Below are positions 8,213-16,127 of a stretch of DNA of 64,000 nucleotides, one piece after another. A program made the translations under genes and the position numbers. Each line of letters starts with the position of its first letter. The first letter of the stretch is position 1. The notes under the pieces are model-generated. The model was not told the origin of the DNA. It made no database searches and worked only from the letters and a program-made list of their open reading frames with translations. The DNA comes from an uncultured Merdimonas sp. (GTDB taxonomy: Bacteria > Bacillota > Clostridia > Lachnospirales > Lachnospiraceae), in the NCBI GenBank assembly GCA_944378225.1, contig CALWGE010000003.1:5455-69454 (forward strand), given 5' to 3'.

Positions 8213-9918
8213 GAGAGAATATGAAAATGAAAAAGCTGTCGGCATTTGCTCTGTTTTTTCTTTTTTTGATAATTATTTTTTCTGTGCTCCCAGTAACTTA
8301 TGCCATTAATGATGACGTGGCCATGAGAGATATTGCATCAGGAGCTATGTCAGGACAGCCAGATTATCATCTTGTATTTGTAAAAGCGGTTCTTGGGCTT
8401 ATACTGCAGGCTATATATCTTCGTTTCCCGGGCATGGATTGGTACGGATTATTGTGGATGAGTTTTATTGTACTATCTGCTGCTTTGGTTTTATGGAATA
8501 TTCTTGCCATTTGTGAGAGAAAAAAGAAAAATTTGTTTATAGCTGCGGTTTTATTCCTGATGATATTTACTCTGACGGCTCTCGGACATCTGGTAAGTTT
8601 TCAGTTTACGGTGGTTGCCGGAATCCTGGCTGGAACAGCAATTTTTCTATACGGAGTGGATGAAAGCAAAGGGAAAAAAGAGTATCTGACAGCAGCATTG
8701 ATTATTTTTCTGATTTGGGCATCTTTTTGCGTCAGAGAAAATGTTCTCATGATGGCTGTCCCTTTTGGCGGTTTGATGATTCTGTATAAAACCGGAAGTG
8801 TAAAAAAGAAAGTGCTGATGGCTTTTATTGTGGTCATTGGTCTGGCAGGCATTATGCTGTTTGAACACATAGCATATTCCGGAGAAGAGTGGGAGACTTA
8901 TCGGTATTATAATTCAGCTCGTTCTGTGGTATATGATTATTATGGGGTGCCGCCGTATGAAGAGAATAAAGAGTTTTATAACAGTATCGGGTTCGAGGAA
9001 TATGATGTAGCAAATTTGGAGCGCTATCAGCTGGTTTTTGTGGATGAACTGGAAAATGGGAAAATGCAGCAGGTGGCGGAATATGCAAAACAGCAGTATA
9101 ATAAACAGAATACTTTGATTACCCGAATTAAATCCGGAATTAAGACAGCGATATTGGGAGAATGTGAAAAAGAAAATATTATTTTGAATCTTTTAGCCAA
9201 GCTATTGATTTTGTTTAATATGATATGGGGGATTCGACATAACAAAAAAAATTTTTTTATAATCAATGCAGGGTTTTTAGTATGTGAAGGAATACTGGTG
9301 CTTTATCTTGGATATGAAGGAAGACTGCCGGCCAGAGTGATGGCGGCATTGCTTCTGATAGAGTTTCTGTCGGCTTTGTCGGTCTGGTTTTCGAATCAAA
9401 GTGAGAGAGTGAAAACTGCAGAAGATAGAAAAGGGTACAGATGGAAAACGGCTTTTCTGTTCATAGCGTTATTGATTCTGTCCGGTTGTAAAATATCTGA
9501 GATATATGATTCTCAGACACAAAGATACAGAAGTAATCAAGAATACGAGCTTTTACAATCCTTTTATGTGAGTAACCCGGAAAACGTATATTATATTCCT
9601 GTTAATTGGACAGCGGCATATTCAAGTAATTTTTATATCAGGAAAGATGCCCAGGTTATTAATGGATTTAATCTGGGAGGCTGGACAAAACATCTTCCGG
9701 TTTATGAGAAAGGGTTGGAGAGATTCGGTATAGAGAATGAAGATACAGCTATTGTTGAAAATGAGAACGTATATTTGATTCTGAGTGCACCGTCCAGTAA
9801 AATCACGCCGCATTATGAAGAAAAGTATAAAGAAGTTCAATGGACACAGGTTGATACAGCTCCAGTCTACGGAATGGAGGTCCCTGTCTTTAAAATAACG
9901 GGAGGAGATAGAAAATGA
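8209..9918 (+). CDS. Polytopic membrane protein, paralog 3 of the triplicated family (AT-rich copy)
   Basis: 569 aa. Motifs 'INDDVAMRDIASGAMSGQPDYHLVFVK', 'MDWYG', 'FQFTVVAGILAG', 'RENVLMM' and 'EWETYRYYNSARSVVYDYYGVPPYE'. Start overlaps the upstream stop and the stop overlaps the wecE start. Visibly lower GC than paralogs 1 and 2. Confidence 0.6.
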   Translation: MRENMKMKKLSAFALFFLFLIIIFSVLPVTYAINDDVAMRDIASGAMSGQPDYHLVFVKAVLGLILQAIYLRFPGMDWYGLLWMSFIVLSAALVLWNILAICERKKKNLFIAAVLFLMIFTLTALGHLVSFQFTVVAGILAGTAIFLYGVDESKGKKEYLTAALIIFLIWASFCVRENVLMMAVPFGGLMILYKTGSVKKKVLMAFIVVIGLAGIMLFEHIAYSGEEWETYRYYNSARSVVYDYYGVPPYEENKEFYNSIGFEEYDVANLERYQLVFVDELENGKMQQVAEYAKQQYNKQNTLITRIKSGIKTAILGECEKENIILNLLAKLLILFNMIWGIRHNKKNFFIINAGFLVCEGILVLYLGYEGRLPARVMAALLLIEFLSALSVWFSNQSERVKTAEDRKGYRWKTAFLFIALLILSGCKISEIYDSQTQRYRSNQEYELLQSFYVSNPENVYYIPVNWTAAYSSNFYIRKDAQVINGFNLGGWTKHLPVYEKGLERFGIENEDTAIVENENVYLILSAPSSKITPHYEEKYKEVQWTQVDTAPVYGMEVPVFKITGGDRK

Positions 9919-11042
9919 TACCATTTAATGTGCCACCTTGTGTGGGAACAGAGTTACAGTATATCAAAGAGGCGATTGAGTCGCATAAAATATGCGGAGA
10001 CGGTGTTTTCACCAAAAAATGCAATGCGTGGCTGGAGGAGAGATTTCATGCGCAGAAAGTGCTCCTGACCACCAGTGGGACAACAGCTCTTGATATGGCA
10101 GCGTTGCTGTGTGAACTGCAGGAGGGAGACGAAGTAATTCTGCCAAGCTATACCTTTTCCAGTACAGCAACATCTGCAGTTCTGGGAGGAGCAAAGCTTG
10201 TATTTGTGGATATCCGTCCGGATACCATGAATATTGATGAAACAAAGATCGAAGAGGCCATTACAGAGAGGACGAAGGTTCTTATCGTTATGCATTATGC
10301 AGGAGTGGCCTGCAACATGGATGCAGTGATGGAGATTGCGCAAAGGCATAAACTGGTCGTGATAGAGGACGCTGCGCAGGGAGTCATGAGTACTTATAAA
10401 GGACGTGCGCTGGGAACCATTGGAGATTTCGGCTGCTATTCTTTTCACGAAACGAAAAACTACTCCATGGGAGAAGGCGGGGCGCTCGTCATCAATAATC
10501 CCAAATATAATGAGCGTGCGGAAATTTTGCGGGAAAAAGGAACTAATCGTTCAAAATTTTTCCGTGGTCAGGTAGATAAGTATACGTGGGTGGATTTTGG
10601 AGACAGTTACCTTCCCAGTGAACTGAATGCCGCTTATCTGTGGGCACAGCTTTGTGCTGCAGATGAGATTAATGATAATCGCATGGCGAGCTGGAATCAT
10701 TATTATCGTGAGCTGAAGGAGCTGGAAGATGAAGGGAAAATAGAACTGCCTGTCATTCCGAACGGTTGTGTACACAATGCGCATATGTTCTATATGAAAT
10801 GCAAGGATCTGGAGGAGAGAACGGCTCTTATTTCTTATTTGAAGAACAATGATATTTTGGCAGTATTCCATTATATTCCGCTTCATTCAGCTCCAGCGGG
10901 ATTGAAATATGGACGTTTTGTCGGAGAGGATATTTATACGACTATAGAAAGTGAACGTCTGGTACGGTTACCGCTGTATTACGGACTGGAATCGGAACAG
11001 GTAGATTTTGTTTGTGAGAAAATCAAGAATTTTTATGAATAA
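9915..11042 (+). CDS. wecE: dTDP-4-amino-4,6-dideoxy-D-galactose (Fuc4N) transaminase, DegT/WecE family
   Basis: 375 aa. Long blocks typical of WecE/RffA: 'SFHETKNYSMGEGGAL', 'REKGTNRSKFFRGQVDKYTWVD', 'AAYLWAQL', 'NAHMFYMK' and 'AVFHYIPLHSAPAG'. Confidence 0.85.
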   Translation: MIPFNVPPCVGTELQYIKEAIESHKICGDGVFTKKCNAWLEERFHAQKVLLTTSGTTALDMAALLCELQEGDEVILPSYTFSSTATSAVLGGAKLVFVDIRPDTMNIDETKIEEAITERTKVLIVMHYAGVACNMDAVMEIAQRHKLVVIEDAAQGVMSTYKGRALGTIGDFGCYSFHETKNYSMGEGGALVINNPKYNERAEILREKGTNRSKFFRGQVDKYTWVDFGDSYLPSELNAAYLWAQLCAADEINDNRMASWNHYYRELKELEDEGKIELPVIPNGCVHNAHMFYMKCKDLEERTALISYLKNNDILAVFHYIPLHSAPAGLKYGRFVGEDIYTTIESERLVRLPLYYGLESEQVDFVCEKIKNFYE

Positions 11043-11081
11043 GCGACTGTCTGAGGTAAAAAACAGAGAAAGGCGGAAAGA

Positions 11082-11807
11082 ATGAATATTGTAGATGCAT
11101 TCTGGGAAAAAAGGAATCTGGGCGTGGATGTGACGGAGATTCAATGTGAACTGACAGATCGGAAAGAAGATTTGAAGAAAGCACTTTCTGTGATTAAGAC
11201 GCCTTATTCTGTGTGCAAGATTCCCGGAGGAGCCGTGGAACTGCTTTTATGTGCGCAGGAACAGGGATATCAGGTGATAGAAATGAGTATTGGCCTGGAA
11301 GGGAAAGTAAAAGAACTGGCGCTTCCCACGATTTATAAACGGTTTGCTTCAGAAATTTCCATACGGGATGCTGAGCAGGATCAGATAGAGAAAGTATTGC
11401 GGGAAATAGAATCCGGAGACATTTTCAGTACAGATCGCATTGCACTGGATCCTCAGTTTGGGAAAAGAACAGCAGGAAAGAGATATGCGAACTGGACGCG
11501 GGACTTATTGCAGCAGGGAGCACGTCTGTGTATTGGCTATTATAAGGATAATCCGGTTGCTTTTGGAGTTAATAAAGATAAAGAAAGAGGTGTGTCAGAT
11601 GCTGTATTGGGAGGTGCCTTGGCCAGCGGAGCTGGAGTCGGACTAGGGTTCCTTTCCATATATGCAAATCTGGTATCGGGGATACAGCATGGAAATACAA
11701 AAATGAAAACACATGTTTCTTCAAATAATCCGCCTATTATCCATTTGCATCGTCAGTTTGGCTTTCATATCAGTGAGATGCAGTATGTATTAGTAAAACA
11801 TCAATAA
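11082..11807 (+). CDS. WecD-like dTDP-4-amino-4,6-dideoxyhexose N-acyltransferase (GNAT-type), tentative
   Basis: 241 aa directly after wecE. The layout resembles WecD/RffC as I recall it: an N-terminal 'FWEKRNLGVDV' block, a middle 'ELLLCAQEQGYQVIEMSIGLEG', and 'DRIALDPQFGKRTAGKRYANWTRDLL'. Assignment is by position plus a remembered pattern only. Confidence 0.5.
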   Translation: MNIVDAFWEKRNLGVDVTEIQCELTDRKEDLKKALSVIKTPYSVCKIPGGAVELLLCAQEQGYQVIEMSIGLEGKVKELALPTIYKRFASEISIRDAEQDQIEKVLREIESGDIFSTDRIALDPQFGKRTAGKRYANWTRDLLQQGARLCIGYYKDNPVAFGVNKDKERGVSDAVLGGALASGAGVGLGFLSIYANLVSGIQHGNTKMKTHVSSNNPPIIHLHRQFGFHISEMQYVLVKHQ

Positions 11808-11833
11808 AACATATTGAAGAGTGGCATTATGAA

Positions 11834-11862
11834 TTGACACTAAATAAAAATATAGGTAAAAT
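11834..11862 (+). promoter_or_regulatory. Sigma-A-type promoter (TTGACA-N17-TAAAAT) in front of the SDR-transketolase-ACP-ligase-LuxE-LuxC cassette
   Basis: TTGACA at 11834-11839, a 17-nt spacer, then TAAAAT at 11857-11862. Lies in the 106-nt AT-rich gap ~50 nt upstream of the GAAGGAGG RBS of the SDR gene. Confidence 0.55.
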
Positions 11863-11913
11863 CATACTGAGTCTGAAAGAAGTGTATTTATAGCGTTATT
11901 GAAGGAGGAAAAT

Positions 11914-12657
11914 ATGCTTACGAATAAAAACATAGTGGTTACAGGAGCAAATAGAGGAATTGGTAAAATGATTCTCCAGAAATGCGCTGAAAATCATGCT
12001 AATATCTGGGCATTGACGAGACATATTGATGATGAGATGCTTGGATTTTGGAAAACGCTAGAGAGCCAATATCATGTCTGGATTACTCCGGTAAAGATAG
12101 ATATGCAGAATGAAGATAGTGTAATAAGCAGTGCCAAAGAAATTTTAACAAGAAAAGAAGCTATTTGGGGAATTGTAAATAATGCGGGAATTACCGGAGA
12201 AAATCGATTGTTTGCTATGACTTCACAGGATGAACTTAGGAAAGTGTTTCAGACAAATTTCTTTTCTCCTATGTTGTTAACACAGAAACTGCTTAGAAAT
12301 ATGATTAAAAACAGAAAGGGCAGTATTGTAAATATATCTTCAGTGGCAGCTTTAGATGGAGAACCTGCTCAGTTTGCTTATGTGACAAGTAAGGCGTCTT
12401 TAGTAGGTGCCACAAAGAAACTCTCAAGCGAGCTTGCGGCAATAGGAATTCGTGTAAATGCAGTTGCTCCGGGAATGACAAATACCGGAATGATTGAACA
12501 GATGCAGGAAGAACTGAAGCAGAAGAGCCTGGAAAATATTCCCATGAAAAGACTTGCGAGACCGGAAGAAATCGCGGATACAGTAGTATTCTTGCTGTCA
12601 GAAAAAAGCAGTTTTATCACAGGTCAGGTCATCAGGGTAGATGGAGGAAAAATATGA
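11914..12657 (+). CDS. Short-chain dehydrogenase/reductase (FabG-like)
   Basis: ATG 11914 sits 6 nt after GAAGGAGG; the ORF track begins at TTG 11899. Motifs 'VVTGANRGIGK', 'NNAG', 'SS..A...........Y..SKA' and 'ITGQVIRVDGG'. Confidence 0.85.
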   Translation: MLTNKNIVVTGANRGIGKMILQKCAENHANIWALTRHIDDEMLGFWKTLESQYHVWITPVKIDMQNEDSVISSAKEILTRKEAIWGIVNNAGITGENRLFAMTSQDELRKVFQTNFFSPMLLTQKLLRNMIKNRKGSIVNISSVAALDGEPAQFAYVTSKASLVGATKKLSSELAAIGIRVNAVAPGMTNTGMIEQMQEELKQKSLENIPMKRLARPEEIADTVVFLLSEKSSFITGQVIRVDGGKI

Positions 12658-13463
12658 ATACAGAATTAATTGCGTGTATGAAAAAGGCTGCCGGAAATAT
12701 GCGCAGGAATATGCTGGAAATGACACTGCATGCAGGAGCCAACGGAGCTCATATAGGCGGTGCTTTGTCTGCAGCGGATCTTATGGCTGTGCTTTATTGC
12801 GGTATTATGGACAGAAAAGGCAAAGGCGATCATTTTGTTCTGAGCAAAGGACACTGTGCTTTGGTTCAGTATGCGGCGTTGTGTGAGACAGGAGCCATTT
12901 CGAAAGAGGAATTAATGACCTTTGAGGATAACGGGGGAATTTTTCCGGCTCATCCAGTGATGAATGACGCCATTGGAATTGAATTATCGAGCGGCAGCCT
13001 GGGTCTGGGTCTGGGATTTGGCATTGGCCTGGCACTGGCGGATAAGAAGAAACATACGGAAGCGAGAACGTACGTTCTGTTGGGAAATGGCGAGTGCAAT
13101 GAAGGAAGTATATGGGAAGCAGTCATGCAGGCTCCTAAATTGAAACTGGATAATCTGATAGGAATTCTGGATAATAATCATTTGCAGCTGGATGGTGCAC
13201 CAGAATCTATCGTTCCGCAATCTAATATTGCAGAAAATTTTCGTTCTTTTGGCTGGGAAGTTATCGAGATTGACGGACATGACATCAGGACTATTTATGA
13301 GACACTTTCACATTTGGAACAGGATGGCAGGCCCAAAATGATTGTGGCGGATACCATAAAAGGAAAAGGAGTTTCTTTTATGGAAAATCAGGTAAGATAT
13401 CATCATGCAGGTCTGACACAGGAGCAGTTTGAGCAGGCAATGGAGGAATTGAATAATGACTAA
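12654..13463 (+). CDS. Transketolase, N-terminal (ThDP/PP-binding) subunit
   Basis: 269 aa. Motifs 'GAHIGGALSAADL', 'DHFVLSKGH', 'GSLGLGLGFGIGLA' and 'GNGECNEGSIWEA'. ATG overlaps the SDR stop. Confidence 0.85.
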   Translation: MNTELIACMKKAAGNMRRNMLEMTLHAGANGAHIGGALSAADLMAVLYCGIMDRKGKGDHFVLSKGHCALVQYAALCETGAISKEELMTFEDNGGIFPAHPVMNDAIGIELSSGSLGLGLGFGIGLALADKKKHTEARTYVLLGNGECNEGSIWEAVMQAPKLKLDNLIGILDNNHLQLDGAPESIVPQSNIAENFRSFGWEVIEIDGHDIRTIYETLSHLEQDGRPKMIVADTIKGKGVSFMENQVRYHHAGLTQEQFEQAMEELNND

Positions 13464-14433
13464 TATTTCTAATGAAAACGTTGCTCTCTGGTCGAGAATA
13501 AGTTCAAGAAAAACTTTTGGTCTGGTTTTGGATGAACTAGCCTATGAACATCCGGAACTGATGGTACTTGTGGCCGATGTGGCGGATTCTGCTGGTCTGG
13601 GAGATTTTGAGAAACATCATCCGGAGCAATTTCTTAATGTAGGTATTGCGGAGCAGAATATGATTGCCATAGCAGCCGGACTGGCAAAATCAGGATATAA
13701 AGTGTTCGCGGTTTCCTTTGCGCCGTTTGCGTCCATGCGTTGTTTTGAAGTTCTTCGTACGTATCTGGGATATATGAATCTGGACGTCACAGTTGTGGGG
13801 ATTGCCAGTGGCCTGAGTATGGGGACAGGCGGAAATACTCATTACGGTCTGGAAGATCTGGCCCTTCCGAGAACGATTCCCAATATGACAGTCGTATCCC
13901 CGGCAGACTGCACGGAGACAGTGAAAGCAACAGAGGCGCTGCTGGAGCATAAAGGACCTGCGTACCTGCGACTGACCGGTGTAAACGGTAATCAGCCTGT
14001 ATATAAAGAAGATTATGATTTCCGGCTTGGCAAGGCAGCAAAAGTCAGAGAAGGCACGGACGTGGCGATTATCGCCACAGGCACTATGGTATACGAGTCG
14101 CTTCGCGCTACCAGAAAGCTGCAGAAAGAAGGAATTTCCTGCGCCATTCTGGATATGAGTACCGTGAAACCTCTGGATGAAGAGGCTTTGGAAGAAGCGT
14201 TTGATTCTTATAGGCTGGTTGTGACAGTAGAAGAACATACGCTTATTGGCGGTCTGGGTTCCGCGGCGGCAGAATATAAAGCACGGTATGGTAAGAAAAC
14301 AAAACTGGAAATGATAGGTCTGCCGGACAGCTTTGAAAAGGCAGGGACTTACGCATGGATGCTGGATAATCAGCGGCTGTCTGCAAGACATCTCGCGGAC
14401 AGGATTCTGGAAGTATATAAAACATTAGGTTAA
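13456..14433 (+). CDS. Transketolase, C-terminal (Pyr-binding) subunit
   Basis: 325 aa. Motifs 'FLNVGIAEQNMIAIAAGLA', 'FAPFASMRCFE', 'HYGLEDLALPRTIPNMTVVSPAD' and 'VTVEEHTLIGGLGS'. Overlaps the N-subunit by 8 nt. Confidence 0.85.
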   Translation: MTNISNENVALWSRISSRKTFGLVLDELAYEHPELMVLVADVADSAGLGDFEKHHPEQFLNVGIAEQNMIAIAAGLAKSGYKVFAVSFAPFASMRCFEVLRTYLGYMNLDVTVVGIASGLSMGTGGNTHYGLEDLALPRTIPNMTVVSPADCTETVKATEALLEHKGPAYLRLTGVNGNQPVYKEDYDFRLGKAAKVREGTDVAIIATGTMVYESLRATRKLQKEGISCAILDMSTVKPLDEEALEEAFDSYRLVVTVEEHTLIGGLGSAAAEYKARYGKKTKLEMIGLPDSFEKAGTYAWMLDNQRLSARHLADRILEVYKTLG

Positions 14434-14453
14434 CATTTAGGAGGGAAAATAAC

Positions 14454-14693
14454 ATGACAAACAAGGAAAAATATGTGAACGCGTTTACAGAGACTTTTGA
14501 CATTACAGAGGAAGAGACAAAGGGCCTTCAGTATTCCGGAATCTCCGCATGGGATTCTGTAGGACATATGTCCCTCGTGGCGGCTCTGGAAGATGCTTTT
14601 GATATTATGATGGACACGGATGATATTATTGATTTCAGCTCTTTTGAAAAGGGAATGGAAATACTGAGTGAGAAATATGATGTGGAATTTTAA
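14454..14693 (+). CDS. Acyl/peptidyl carrier protein (DltC-sized, 79 aa)
   Basis: A 'WDSVGHMSLVAALEDAF' phosphopantetheine-site-like DS motif in a 79-aa acidic protein, placed immediately before an adenylating ligase. Confidence 0.7.
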   Translation: MTNKEKYVNAFTETFDITEEETKGLQYSGISAWDSVGHMSLVAALEDAFDIMMDTDDIIDFSSFEKGMEILSEKYDVEF

Positions 14694-16089
14694 TAAATTT
14701 TCAGAAAATACTGCGCTGCAGTCCGATGACGGAACGCAGCTGACTTACAGAGAATTAGAGGAAGAGACAGGGCGGCTTGCGACAGCTATTGGAGAACGCT
14801 GCCTTGTTTTTTCCATGTGCAGCAATACGATAGGTTCTGTAATCGGTTACACAGCTTTCATACAGCACAGGATTGTTCCGGTTCTTCTGAATGCCCATCT
14901 GGATCCGGAACTACTTTCCGGTCTTCTTAAAACTTACTGCCCGGCATACCTGTGGATGCCGGATTTTATGACGGAGAAATATTCTGACTGGCAGAAGATA
15001 TATACAAGCAAAGGATACACATTGCTGAAAACAGATTATGAAAAAGTTTATCCGCTATATGAGGAACTGGGGCTTCTTTTGACTACCTCTGGTTCTACAG
15101 GCAGTCCCAAATTTGTAAGACAAAGTTATAAGAATATAGAAGCGAATACCAGGCAGATAGCGGAATATCTGGAACTGAATCAGGAGGAAAGACCCATTAC
15201 CACCCTTCCTATGAATTATACCTATGGTCTTTCCATCATCAACAGCCACCTTCTGGTGGGCGCCCGGATTCTTCTTACTGACAAAACCATGATGGAGAGG
15301 GGGTTCTGGTCATTTATGAAAGAACAGAAAGCAACCTCCTTTGGCGGAGTACCTTATACCTATGAGATGTTGGACAAACTACGGTTTTTCCGAATGGATC
15401 TTCCGGATTTGAAGACGATGACGCAGGCCGGCGGCAAACTGATTCCGGAGCTTCATAAGAAATTCGCGGAGTATGCGGCGGAAAAGGGAAAGAATTTTGT
15501 GGTGATGTACGGTCAGTGCGAGGCTACCGCCCGTATGGGATATCTTCCTGCAAAAAAAGCTGTGGAAAAATGTGGCTCCATGGGTATTGCAATTCCGGGG
15601 GGAATTTTCCATCTGATAGATGTAAATGGGGAAACAATTACAGAGCCACATGTGACCGGAGAGCTTGTGTACGAGGGAGAAAATGTGACCCTTGGATATG
15701 CTGAGTGCGGAGAAGACCTGATAAAAGGGGACGAAAGAAAGGGCATTCTCCAGACAGGCGATATGGCGCAGTTTGACGAGGACGGTTATTATTACATTGT
15801 AGGACGAAGAAAGCGATTTCTGAAAATATATGGAAACCGTGTGAACCTGGATGAAGTAGACCGGATGATTAAAGGAAAATTTGAAAATCTGGAATGCGCA
15901 AGTACCGGAGTGGACGATCATATGTATCTCTTTGTGACAGATGAAGCCTGCGCGGATCAGGTGAAAGAATTTGTGGTTGCGAAGACGGGGCTGAATCAGG
16001 CGGCGTTTCAGGTGATTGTGATAGACAGTATCCCGAAAAATGATTCCGGGAAAACACTTTACAGGGAACTGGAAAAGTATTACAAATAG
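14668..16089 (+). CDS. AMP-dependent (adenylate-forming) ligase, carrier-protein loading enzyme candidate
   Basis: 473 aa. AMP-binding signature 'LLTTSGSTGSPKFV', then 'YGQCEAT', 'TGDMAQFDEDGYYYIVGRRKRFLKIYGNRV' and a C-terminal 'GK'. The start is ambiguous (14668/14677/14680) and overlaps the end of the carrier gene. Confidence 0.8.
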   Translation: MRNMMWNFNKFSENTALQSDDGTQLTYRELEEETGRLATAIGERCLVFSMCSNTIGSVIGYTAFIQHRIVPVLLNAHLDPELLSGLLKTYCPAYLWMPDFMTEKYSDWQKIYTSKGYTLLKTDYEKVYPLYEELGLLLTTSGSTGSPKFVRQSYKNIEANTRQIAEYLELNQEERPITTLPMNYTYGLSIINSHLLVGARILLTDKTMMERGFWSFMKEQKATSFGGVPYTYEMLDKLRFFRMDLPDLKTMTQAGGKLIPELHKKFAEYAAEKGKNFVVMYGQCEATARMGYLPAKKAVEKCGSMGIAIPGGIFHLIDVNGETITEPHVTGELVYEGENVTLGYAECGEDLIKGDERKGILQTGDMAQFDEDGYYYIVGRRKRFLKIYGNRVNLDEVDRMIKGKFENLECASTGVDDHMYLFVTDEACADQVKEFVVAKTGLNQAAFQVIVIDSIPKNDSGKTLYRELEKYYK

Positions 16090-16127
16090 TCAGTTATGTC
16101 TATGTATGGGAAATAAGGGAGCGAAAC

